Source of the DNA: Verrucomicrobiia bacterium
GTDB lineage: Bacteria; Acidobacteriota; Terriglobia; Bryobacterales; Bryobacteraceae
Direction of reading: 5' to 3'
NCBI GenBank assembly: GCA_035578025.1
Contig: DATJYJ010000026.1
Location: 6,983-70,982, forward strand
Length of the DNA: 64,000 nt
Numbering within the stretch: the first letter of the stretch is position 1; each line of letters starts with the position of its first letter. The position numbers were made by a program, and so were the translations under genes. Below the pieces are notes generated by a model. That model was not told the origin of the DNA, did no database searches, and saw nothing but the letters and a program-made list of their open reading frames with translations. Positions 1 to 7,865 of the stretch are shown piece by piece.

Positions 1-172
1 GGTGGATTTCGGCGGTCTCGCCATACCCTTCCAGCCCGCGAAACACGGTCGCACCGGCGATCTTCAGCTCCTTGCAGCGATCCACGATCGCCTCGTATAA
101 CGGCTTCCCCCGGTATCGATCGCTCTCGCCAAAGTGCAGTCGGAGAAGTTTGGCTTTCCTAACCGTTCGCAT
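1..172 (-). CDS. DUF190 (PF02641-like) domain protein, N-terminal part only; gene runs off the window start
   Basis: Not in the ORF track because it is cut by the window edge. Reverse translation from the ATG at 172-170 gives MRTVRKAKLLRLHFGESDRYRGKPLYEAIVDRCKELKIAGATVFRGLEGYG. This is the same module type as the two repeats of the upstream ORF. Its start overlaps that ORF's stop by 14 nt. Confidence 0.7.
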   Translation of the reverse strand, partial: MRTVRKAKLLRLHFGESDRYRGKPLYEAIVDRCKELKIAGATVFRGLEGYGETAEIH

Positions 173-884
173 TGGAAGCCTCCGTCGAAGATGGGCTGCG
201 GACCAGCCGGATCACGTCCACATCCGAAAGCACGATGATTCCGTCCTGCATCATGGATTCGACCGCCTCGATCGCCTGCTCCAGCTTCTCTCCCTGGTCC
301 ACCACCGAAATCATCACCGGCAGGTCGTGGGAAAAAGGCAACCGGCCGCTCTTGTGCGTATGGCCCTTGACGCCATAACCGAGGACGCCCCGGTAAACCG
401 TGGCGCCGGCGATGTCCATCAGGCGCAAACGCTTCACCACCGCCTCGTACAACGGCTCGCCCTGCCACTTGTCCGACTCGCCCATATAAATGCGCATCAA
501 TCGCGCCGTGCCCTTCAGTTCCGCGTGGGGAGCCTTGGGCGGCGACGGCCGTTCCTTGTTGGCCACCTTGACCACCTGCGTGTCCTGAACTTCGATCACG
601 CCGTCGGTCACCATCTCGTACAGCGTCGGCATCAGGTCGTTCACCTTCTCGGCTGAGTCGATGAACTCGATGCGGACCGGCAGGTGCTCCGTCAGCACCT
701 CGATCTTCGTCGTGTGCATCACCCGGTGCGCCCCGAATCCAGCCATCGCGCGCGTAGCCGTTGCGCCGGCAATGCCCTTGTGGAGCAGGAACGTCAATAC
801 CGCGTCGGTCAGGGAACCAAAATGGTGTTGCGTGTCCTCGTTGACATAGATCGTGACCTTTTTCGCCACCCCCTTCTGAAGCAT
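159..884 (-). CDS. Tandem two-module DUF190 protein (crcB-associated family)
   Basis: ORF 159..986, trimmed to the ATG at 884 (MLQKGVAKKVTIYVNED), which is preceded by GAGAGGAG. Two repeats contain GIAGATATRAMAGFG and DIAGATVYRGVLGYG. It lies 17 nt downstream of crcB. Confidence 0.85.
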   Translation of the reverse strand: MLQKGVAKKVTIYVNEDTQHHFGSLTDAVLTFLLHKGIAGATATRAMAGFGAHRVMHTTKIEVLTEHLPVRIEFIDSAEKVNDLMPTLYEMVTDGVIEVQDTQVVKVANKERPSPPKAPHAELKGTARLMRIYMGESDKWQGEPLYEAVVKRLRLMDIAGATVYRGVLGYGVKGHTHKSGRLPFSHDLPVMISVVDQGEKLEQAIEAVESMMQDGIIVLSDVDVIRLVRSPSSTEASNANG

Positions 885-901
885 GCCGGCTCCTCTCTCG
901 G

Positions 902-1318
902 TCACCGCCAGGCCAGCATCGCGCCGAGCCAGACGGCCCCGTATCCTAGAATGACACTCGACACGACATTCAGCGCGCCCCTCCAACGCCCGCCTTCCCG
1001 CACCGTCGTGTACGTTTCCCAGGCAAAGCTGGAAAAAGTGGTGTAGCCGCCCAGAAACCCCACCACCAGGAGCAGCCGCCAGTTCGCATCCGCGTGGAGT
1101 CGCTCCGTCAACATGCTCATCATAAAACCGATCAGGAACGACCCGCTGACGTTGATCGCCAGCGTCCCCAGCGGGAATTTTCCGCCGAATCTCCTCATGA
1201 TCGCCGACGCCGCCACGTACCTCGCCAGCGCTCCCCCGCCGCCCCCCACCACAACCAGAAAATAGCGGATCAATTGCTCCGTCCCCGCACTCTCGCGATC
1301 CGCTCCAGGTCGGCGCAC
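902..1318 (-). CDS. crcB: Fluoride ion channel CrcB/FluC
   Basis: Small four-TM protein with GTLAINVSGSFLIGF and GFLGGYTTFSSF, typical of CrcB. The ATG at 1318 overlaps the upstream gene by 49 nt. An in-frame TTG at 1273 (LIRYFLVVV) would abut the upstream stop, so the start is uncertain. Confidence 0.9.
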   Translation of the reverse strand: MRRPGADRESAGTEQLIRYFLVVVGGGGGALARYVAASAIMRRFGGKFPLGTLAINVSGSFLIGFMMSMLTERLHADANWRLLLVVGFLGGYTTFSSFAWETYTTVREGGRWRGALNVVSSVILGYGAVWLGAMLAWR

Positions 1319-2952
1319 AGCTCCGGAATCATCTCGTCGCGCGAGTTTTCGATGAGTCTCTCAACCGTCGCCATCAGCTCGTCCAGCCGCCGCCGCGCCT
1401 CCTTCTCCACATCCCACAGTGCGCTGTTTACGCTCTCCTCCCACTGGCTGCTCAATCGGCTGATGTTCTGATAGACCGCGCGCGGAATCGTCCGCGCAAA
1501 GTGCCGGCGAACCGTGGATCGGATTCCCCACACCGGCAAAACCGGAGAAAGCAGCTCCCAGTTGCGGTCGAAGATCCGGCCCGCGCGGATGTTTGGCGCC
1601 GCCGGCTCCCGGACTGCGATTTCTGTCTCCGTGGTTCGCAGCGGCACGCCGAACGCCCGCACCGTTCGCTCCGACAAGCGGTCCCGGAACTGTTGCAGCG
1701 CGCGGAAGGCCTGTTTCTGGACGTTGCGCAAGGGCTCGATGAACGCTCCCCGCTCTTCCACCGAAATCTCCGTCAGCTCGTTGCGCAGTGCCGCCGTCAG
1801 CCAGTCCTCAAATGAAGACAGCATTCGCGTGAGGCTTGCGGTCCACTCCGGAAAGTGGTTCTCGAAGTCGCGCCTCAGCGACGCCTCCAGTTCCCCCTGG
1901 TAGGTTTCCAGCCGGTCGCTCACCGCCGGACGGGTCCGGGCCGCGGCGTGCTGCACCACCAGCCGCACTTGCGCCTTCACCTCCTCGACGATTTCCTTCT
2001 CACCCAGCACCTGCTGCTTCAGTTCCTGGCGATCCGATTCGACTGCTTCCGCCGATTTCAGACTCAGGCTCAGATATTCGTTGCAGTCGCGCAGCAGCGT
2101 GTCCGTCTTTCGCGCCACGATGGATTCCCGCTCCCCGGCGAAGCGTTCCAGCGTTCCCCTCAGGAGCGTGGCTTCCAGCGCCTGCCTGAAGTGCTCGAAA
2201 CCCGCCTTCGTCGAGTACGGGAACACTTGCGGCGTCTCGGAGAGACGCTTCGCAAGCTGGGTACTGACGAATTCCACGACCTCGGCCAGCTCCGGACCGC
2301 TGAGCAGGTCCGCCTTCGTCAAGAGCACCGCCACCTTCGGCGTGTACTGATAGAGGCCTCTCAGCAGGTCGATGTCGCGCTGCGACAGCGGCGGGTCCAC
2401 GCTGACCGCGACCAGCGCGAGCCCCACGTTGGGAAGCCAGTTCAACGACGCTTGGGTGTTGTGAGTCAACGCGCTCTCCAACCCCGGCGTATCGACAAAC
2501 TTCAGGCCGCGGAAGCGGCGCAGCTCCGGCAGTCGCACCGAGACGAAATCCACCTGCTTGCTGTTCTCGGGATTTTCCCTTTCGGAGATGTACTCGCCGA
2601 TCTCCGACGGCGGAATCTCCCTGGTCTGCCCGTCCGTGTGCCGCACGCAAGCGCCTTCCCGGTCGCCATACCGGATCTCCGTCACCACTGCCGTGACCGG
2701 CACCACACCCACCGGGAGAATGCTCCGCCCGAAGAGGTCGTTCAGGAAGCTGCTCTTGCCTGCCTTGAACCTGCCCAGCACGGCGACGCTGATTTCCTCC
2801 TGTGCGGCCGCGGCCCTGGCCGTCACCAGCAGGCTGCTCAGCGCGGAAATCTCGTACCGCGCCGCAATTTCGGCAGCCAGTTCGAGCGCGGACTCCGAGC
2901 CGGAAAGGATTTCTTCTGATCGTTGTTGCTGGCCTTCTGTCTTCAGAATCAT
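1270..2952 (-). CDS. Bacterial dynamin-like GTPase (dynamin family large GTPase)
   Basis: P-loop GRFKAGKSSFLN, G3 DTPGLES and G4 LTKADLL, followed by a long helical C-terminal region. The start is set at the ATG at 2952 (MILKTEGQQQ). The ORF-track start at 2997 lies inside the riboswitch aptamer. Confidence 0.85.
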   Translation of the reverse strand: MILKTEGQQQRSEEILSGSESALELAAEIAARYEISALSSLLVTARAAAAQEEISVAVLGRFKAGKSSFLNDLFGRSILPVGVVPVTAVVTEIRYGDREGACVRHTDGQTREIPPSEIGEYISERENPENSKQVDFVSVRLPELRRFRGLKFVDTPGLESALTHNTQASLNWLPNVGLALVAVSVDPPLSQRDIDLLRGLYQYTPKVAVLLTKADLLSGPELAEVVEFVSTQLAKRLSETPQVFPYSTKAGFEHFRQALEATLLRGTLERFAGERESIVARKTDTLLRDCNEYLSLSLKSAEAVESDRQELKQQVLGEKEIVEEVKAQVRLVVQHAAARTRPAVSDRLETYQGELEASLRRDFENHFPEWTASLTRMLSSFEDWLTAALRNELTEISVEERGAFIEPLRNVQKQAFRALQQFRDRLSERTVRAFGVPLRTTETEIAVREPAAPNIRAGRIFDRNWELLSPVLPVWGIRSTVRRHFARTIPRAVYQNISRLSSQWEESVNSALWDVEKEARRRLDELMATVERLIENSRDEMIPELCADLERIARVRGRSN

Positions 2953-3024
2953 AGCTCTCGAGCAGTAGGAGCTATCATTCCTGAGCCGGAGGCCCAAGAC
3001 GGTTGATGGCGGGCTCCATCACCA
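2950..3024 (-). promoter_or_regulatory. Fluoride riboswitch (crcB RNA motif), copy 2, with a start-codon-occluding alternative hairpin
   Basis: The minus-strand RNA reads UGGUG AUGGAGCC CGCCA UCAACCG CUUGGGCC UCC GGCUCAGG AAUGAUAGCUCCUAC (3024->2965). P1 is UGGUG/CGCCA. Loop GGAGC is complementary to the 3' GCUCC (pseudoknot). The alternative hairpin AUAGCUC-N11-GAGCUAU (2975-2951) includes the A and U of the ATG at 2952. Confidence 0.8.
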
Positions 3025-3039
3025 ACGTACTAAAGTCTG

Positions 3040-3045
3040 ATTATA
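3040..3045 (-). promoter_or_regulatory. Candidate -10 hexamer for the riboswitch-2 transcript
   Basis: A perfect TATAAT on the minus strand (attata on plus), 15 nt upstream of riboswitch P1. No convincing -35 was found (best is GGTTTG/TTTGTG). Confidence 0.3.
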
Positions 3046-3088
3046 CTCCCTGGTCAGCCCACAAACCGCTGGCTCCAGACTGATTCCG

Positions 3089-4249
3089 CTACTCCGGGAT
3101 CTTCACGCCCATCTCAGCCAGTTTCTTCCGTGCAAACTCGTTTTTTGAATTCTGCTTCAGCGATAACAGGTAATACCGGACCGCCTCCTTCGTGTCGCCT
3201 CGTTTTTCGTAGGCGCGGGCGAGCGCGTCCAGTTGGTTCCACGAAGGCGGATAGGCTGTGCTGTCGTGAAGCAGGACCCTGGACGCCTCCTCCAAGCGTC
3301 CCGCGCCCACCAGGGCCGCGACCACCAGTGAGACCGTGAACCGCGGCGTGGTGCGCTCCGGATAGCCGAATCTCTTGCCCGACTCGCGAAACCGCCTGTG
3401 AATTGCCTCGATGCCGCCCTGATCGAATATCTCCAGCGGATCAGGCAGGCTCCATTCTTCGAAGATGGTCTCCACGCCGTGATAGATGCTCGGCAGCGGA
3501 ATCGACACGTGATTCTCCCGCGGCATCCAGTCGAACTTCCATCGGAATCCTGCGGGAGTTGACGCGGTGATTGCCGCGTGGCACCGGGCAACCTCGCTCG
3601 GAACCCTGCCCGATAGGTCGGTCGCGGCAATGTAGAGATCTGCCTGGAGAGATCCGCTGTGGGCAAAGAACGATTCGGCCTGCGCGACCACCGCCTGGTT
3701 GTTCCAGTACAGGCTGGGATCGGCGGCAATGTATCCGTTGAACAGCTTTGGCTGTGTGAGCAAGGCATAGACTGCGAACAGCCCGCCGAACGAATGGCCG
3801 GCGAGGAGCCGGTAGGGACGCGTGCGATACGTCCGCTCGACGTACGGGATGAGTTCGCCCCCCACAAATGACAGGAAGGCATCCGCTCCGCCGCTGCCCG
3901 GCGAGAAACGGTTGTCCACCTCGGCAGTCGAGGGTGGCGTCAGATCGTGCGTGCGCTTTTGAGAATCACCGCTGGCGATACCGACCACGATCATCGGGGG
4001 GATCCGGTCGGCCGTAGCCAGAAAATCCACGATCGCCGCCGTGTAGCGGAAATGCGTCTCGCCGTCCAGCAGGTACAGAACGGGATACCGGTCCGTGCCG
4101 GCGTCGTATTCGGCAGGCTTGGAAATGAACAGCCTTCGCGATTCCTTCAGGATCTCGGAGCGAAGTTGAATGGTAGTGCCGATGACGACCGGTTCTGCCT
4201 GAGACTGTGCCCGCGGGGCCAACAGTACGAGCAGGAGAGCAAGGCGCAT
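3089..4249 (-). CDS. Exported alpha/beta-hydrolase of the putative-esterase (enterochelin-esterase/IroE-like) family with a C-terminal TPR-like tail
   Basis: Signal peptide MRLALLLVLLAPRAQSQA. YPVLYLLDG and the nucleophile elbow GHSFGG are present. The C-terminus (ALARAYEKRGDTKEAVRYYLLSLKQN) looks TPR-like. Confidence 0.8.
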   Translation of the reverse strand: MRLALLLVLLAPRAQSQAEPVVIGTTIQLRSEILKESRRLFISKPAEYDAGTDRYPVLYLLDGETHFRYTAAIVDFLATADRIPPMIVVGIASGDSQKRTHDLTPPSTAEVDNRFSPGSGGADAFLSFVGGELIPYVERTYRTRPYRLLAGHSFGGLFAVYALLTQPKLFNGYIAADPSLYWNNQAVVAQAESFFAHSGSLQADLYIAATDLSGRVPSEVARCHAAITASTPAGFRWKFDWMPRENHVSIPLPSIYHGVETIFEEWSLPDPLEIFDQGGIEAIHRRFRESGKRFGYPERTTPRFTVSLVVAALVGAGRLEEASRVLLHDSTAYPPSWNQLDALARAYEKRGDTKEAVRYYLLSLKQNSKNEFARKKLAEMGVKIPE

Positions 4250-4276
4250 TGGGCAATCCTCCCGCAAGGAACGCTG

Positions 4277-5077
4277 TCACTCCCTATTGTGCTCCAGTCC
4301 TCCTGAACTGGCGAATTTGATGATCGTGTCGATTCGCAGTGGAGCAAATTTCACATGCCTTCCCGAGACATATTGCGGCTGGCTCGCGAGTCGGCACATT
4401 TCGATGATCTGGCCCGGATTGCCTCCCGCGCTCTCCAGCACTTTTTCCCGGAATTCCGGCAAATCGAGATGCCGCAGCCGGAAATTATCCGCCGCCGTTT
4501 CGAAAAGTTGCCCGGCCTCGCGGCCGTTGAGCCGCGAAACCGTGAGTACCTTCGTGGGATTCCAGAACAGCCTCGCCAGCACGCCCAGGCTCGCCGCGTC
4601 GCGGGAGGTCGCGAACAGCGCCATTCCGGGCGTGTGGTAGATCCGCTGCAGGAACCGGTAGGCGGCGAAACTTCCCCCCGCGATTCCATCGATCACCATC
4701 GCCTGCGGCGCATTCTCGATCGCGCGCCACAACAGGCCCTTCAGGCGAATGCTCCTCTGCGCCCGCAGCCATTCCTCCGAATCGCGGGGAAGTCCGGCGC
4801 GATCGAGGAAATCCCGTTGCTGTGCCGCGATCAGGGCTCGCGCCATCGCCATTAGCAGCGCATGGAGAGTCGGCTCCCAAGCGACGTAAAGAATTTCCGG
4901 CCGCTCCGCCATCGCTTCCCAAAGGAGTCGTGTCTTTCCGCTTCCCGCGGCGCCGAGCACCAGGAGCGGCTCTCGACCGGCCAATGCGCTGCGCAGGCGC
5001 GCGGTCTCCTTGGCCATCCCTACCAGCGCAAATTTCGGATTCATCTGCCTCGCATGGCCGCCCGCGCCCGGCATCAT
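4277..5077 (-). CDS. Compact P-loop AAA ATPase (AAA_16/ORC-like), function unknown
   Basis: Walker A LGAAGSGKTRLL, a Walker-B-like AMVIDGI, and a GGNPGQIIE motif reminiscent of the GNP motif in AAA_16/STAND-type ATPases. The ATG at 5077 is 1 nt from the antiporter stop. An alternative ATG is at 5044. Confidence 0.65.
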   Translation of the reverse strand: MMPGAGGHARQMNPKFALVGMAKETARLRSALAGREPLLVLGAAGSGKTRLLWEAMAERPEILYVAWEPTLHALLMAMARALIAAQQRDFLDRAGLPRDSEEWLRAQRSIRLKGLLWRAIENAPQAMVIDGIAGGSFAAYRFLQRIYHTPGMALFATSRDAASLGVLARLFWNPTKVLTVSRLNGREAGQLFETAADNFRLRHLDLPEFREKVLESAGGNPGQIIEMCRLASQPQYVSGRHVKFAPLRIDTIIKFASSGGLEHNRE

Positions 5078-5078
5078 G

Positions 5079-6281
5079 TCATTCGCTCCCGCCGGCTTCC
5101 TCCACCATCGTCAACCGCCGGACCGCCTCCGGTTTCGGCAGCAGGTGCTTGGGCATGAACCAGGCATTCGCCATCGCTGTTGGCACCACCGCGCTCGCAA
5201 TCACCGTGGCCACCAGGTGAGAGTATTGTCCGTCCGTGATGATCTTGTGGTTCAAGCCGAAAAGCGCGGATATCGTGCCGAAAGTCAGCCCCGTGGACAT
5301 CATCAGCGAGTAATACAGCCCCTGGTGGCCTTCGTGGTCGAACGCGCGGACCGTCGGCACCAGCGGAATCATCTTGGCGCTCATCTTCGCCGCGAACAAC
5401 AGCACGAAGACCATCGGCGTCGCGGCCAGCGCGGGCACGGACACCAGCGACCCCGCCCGGATGAAATAAAACGGCGTCAGCAGCCCGAATGTCAGAGTCC
5501 GCAGCCGGCGCACCAGAATGTGATCCTTCCCGATGGTACCCGCCAGAACCATCCCGATGATGTAAGCCGGCAGCACCGCCTCGCTCCCCGCCCACGCAGC
5601 CAGTCCGCCCATCCCGAAAAGAAGCAGCAGAATATACTTGGCCTCCAGTTCCGAGACGCGCCCTCCGTACTTGCCAAAGAACCAGGGCGTCACAAACGGC
5701 AGCGCCCCGAACACAATCACCGAGGCGCCGGCGAAGATCAGCGTCCGCACCGTGAACGGCGCAAAAATCAGCCCCAGCGCGATCACCGTTCCCAGATCGT
5801 TGACGAAACACGCCGCCAGAATTCCCTTCCCGAAATCGGTCCGATTCAGCCCCAGCTCCAGCATGACCGCGTAGACCACCGCAACCGACGTCGTGGAAAG
5901 TGCCACTCCCGCCAGCCAACTCGCCGGCAGCGACCACTTCAACACGAAATGCGCCAGGGCCGCCGCGCCCATGAAGGGACCGAAGAAGCCAACCAGGCCC
6001 ACGATCATGGCCTCCTTCCACTTCCTGCGGAAGATGCCCGGATCGAGTTCGGCGCCGGCCAGAAAAGTCAGCACGATCGCGCCCGTGCCTGCCAAAAAGC
6101 CGACCCACGCCGATTTTGCGCCGAGCACTTCGGTTCCGATCGCCGCGCCGATGATCAGTTGCGCCACCGTGCCCACCACGATTTCGGAGAGCGCCGTAGA
6201 AATGCGAAACCAGATCGACAACAGCGTCGCGATCAACGCCAGCACCAGCCACAATGCCGCTGAAAACCAGACCTGTTCCAT
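5079..6281 (-). CDS. Cation:proton antiporter (CPA2/Kef-type Na+/H+ or K+/H+ exchanger)
   Basis: 400-aa polytopic membrane protein with the typical N-terminus LSIWFRISTALSEIVVGTVAQL. AAGGAG lies upstream of the ATG at 6281. Confidence 0.9.
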   Translation of the reverse strand: MEQVWFSAALWLVLALIATLLSIWFRISTALSEIVVGTVAQLIIGAAIGTEVLGAKSAWVGFLAGTGAIVLTFLAGAELDPGIFRRKWKEAMIVGLVGFFGPFMGAAALAHFVLKWSLPASWLAGVALSTTSVAVVYAVMLELGLNRTDFGKGILAACFVNDLGTVIALGLIFAPFTVRTLIFAGASVIVFGALPFVTPWFFGKYGGRVSELEAKYILLLLFGMGGLAAWAGSEAVLPAYIIGMVLAGTIGKDHILVRRLRTLTFGLLTPFYFIRAGSLVSVPALAATPMVFVLLFAAKMSAKMIPLVPTVRAFDHEGHQGLYYSLMMSTGLTFGTISALFGLNHKIITDGQYSHLVATVIASAVVPTAMANAWFMPKHLLPKPEAVRRLTMVEEAGGSE

Positions 6282-6308
6282 ACCGGTCTCCTTGATTCGA
6301 ATTTCACC

Positions 6309-7865
6309 TTACCCGCGTTCCCAACCATCGCCTGCAGCCTCCCGCGCGCCGGGCGGCCCGAAGATCCGCCCGTACAGATCCTCTCCGAAGCTCGTCGGCA
6401 GTGGCTCTCCCGGCAGCATGCGAAACGTTCGTTGGCCGTCCGGGAGCCGCTCCGCTCGCAGGAATAGCGCCGTAGCCATGTTGGCCCGCACAAAGCCCCG
6501 CGCCAGGTCGAACAGGTGCGTCACGTAGAACACCTTGACTCCGCTTTCCAGCAGGGCGCGCACGATCTGCCGCGCAATCTCCGAGCCCTCTCTCTCGTTG
6601 GTCGAAGCAAATGATTCGTTGAACAGAACCAGGCTGTCCGCCGTCACCTCGCCGATGATCGAGCTCATCCTGCTCAGCTCTTCGTCCAGCTTGCCGCTCT
6701 TCATCGTCGTGTCTTCCTCGCGCTTGAAATGCGTAAAGACCCCGCGGCACACGTTCGCGCGGAAGTGCTCCGCCGGCACGAACATGCCGCATTGCATCAT
6801 CAGTTGGGCCGCCCCGGCGCTGCGCAGGAACGTCGACTTGCCGCCGCGATTCGCGCCCGTGACCATCACCAGCGCCTTGTCCTCCGCGGCCACGTCGTTG
6901 CCCGCAATCCTGCCGTCCATGCGCAAGGCCAGGCAGGGATCGTACAATCCCCGCGCCGTCAGCACCGCGCGCCCCGGCGCCAATGGTTCCGGAAACGAGA
7001 TCGGTCTGCCGCGCCTCGCAAGCTGCGTGCGCAAGTTCAGGCATCCGGCATAAAACCCGAGCTCCCATCGCAGCCTCTGGAAAAAGCTCAGGATGTGGTC
7101 GGTCGATTGCGAGAGCGCCGCGGCCACGTGGGCGATGCCCCTGTCCTCCAGTTCCGTCAGGGCCCGGAAGCCGCTTTCGTCGCGGTCCGCGATTTCATAG
7201 ATCAGCTCGCGCCCGTTCCCGCCGGTCAATTGGCGCGCCCAGTCCCTCAGCCTTTCCAGCCACGTTCGCCTCGCGATCAGACGTTTGCGAAGCACGTAGT
7301 TTGCGCCTCTGTGACCCGCGCCGAGCTCCGCCGTCATCAGAATCCCGTCGCGCAGTTGGAGACGTTCCAGGTGCTCCCCGGCCAGCGCCAGGTATTCGTC
7401 GTTCAACTCCCCGCTCAGCATCGCAAAGAACCTGGCGAACCCCTCCGATCGGAATTGCGGCCCCTCCTCGTCGGCGATCCTGCGCAGGCGCGCGAGCAGC
7501 TCCAGGAAAATCCCGAGCACTTCCACCGCCCGGTGCAGCGCCGCTCTCGGGCGGTCTCGCGACACCCAGCCCCACACCCGCCTCTCGCGCTCCAGTGCCT
7601 CCACCGCCGTGTCGTAGATTCTCCGCACAACCTCCGGACGCTCCAGGCAATCTTCCAGGATGCCTTGCCGGTAGAGAATGGCCTCCGGTTCCTCCATACT
7701 GCTCAGGAACGCTTGTCTGGCTACGTCGAGAAGGAACTCGTCCCCCGCCGCCATCGCGCCGAACAGAATCTCCAGTTCCAGGTCCTGCGTCAGCGCCGGC
7801 GCGTTGCGGAGCGTCCCGGTCGGCGGCCCGAAATCCCGGTCGCGGTAGAGCAGGAAGACTCTCAT
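6309..7865 (-). CDS. MutS-related ATPase (domains III/V only), paralog B
   Basis: Walker A TGANRGGKSTFLR and a MutS-type Walker B region SLVLFNESFASTNEREG. The start was trimmed to the ATG at 7865 (MRVFLLYRDRDF), which forms an ATGA overlap with the stop of paralog A. Confidence 0.85.
   Translation of the reverse strand: MRVFLLYRDRDFGPPTGTLRNAPALTQDLELEILFGAMAAGDEFLLDVARQAFLSSMEEPEAILYRQGILEDCLERPEVVRRIYDTAVEALERERRVWGWVSRDRPRAALHRAVEVLGIFLELLARLRRIADEEGPQFRSEGFARFFAMLSGELNDEYLALAGEHLERLQLRDGILMTAELGAGHRGANYVLRKRLIARRTWLERLRDWARQLTGGNGRELIYEIADRDESGFRALTELEDRGIAHVAAALSQSTDHILSFFQRLRWELGFYAGCLNLRTQLARRGRPISFPEPLAPGRAVLTARGLYDPCLALRMDGRIAGNDVAAEDKALVMVTGANRGGKSTFLRSAGAAQLMMQCGMFVPAEHFRANVCRGVFTHFKREEDTTMKSGKLDEELSRMSSIIGEVTADSLVLFNESFASTNEREGSEIARQIVRALLESGVKVFYVTHLFDLARGFVRANMATALFLRAERLPDGQRTFRMLPGEPLPTSFGEDLYGRIFGPPGAREAAGDGWERG

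Noticed and set aside
2953-2997. Upstream ATG (2997) as start of the dynamin-like GTPase
   Set aside because: These 15 extra codons lie inside the riboswitch aptamer and its alternative hairpin. The ATG at 2952 sits exactly at the base of the regulatory hairpin.
5010-6263. 417-aa plus-strand ORF covering the antiporter locus
   Set aside because: It is antisense to a well-supported CPA2 antiporter. The translation is an Arg/His/Gln/Pro-rich low-complexity string with no motif, typical of shadow ORFs in high-GC DNA.
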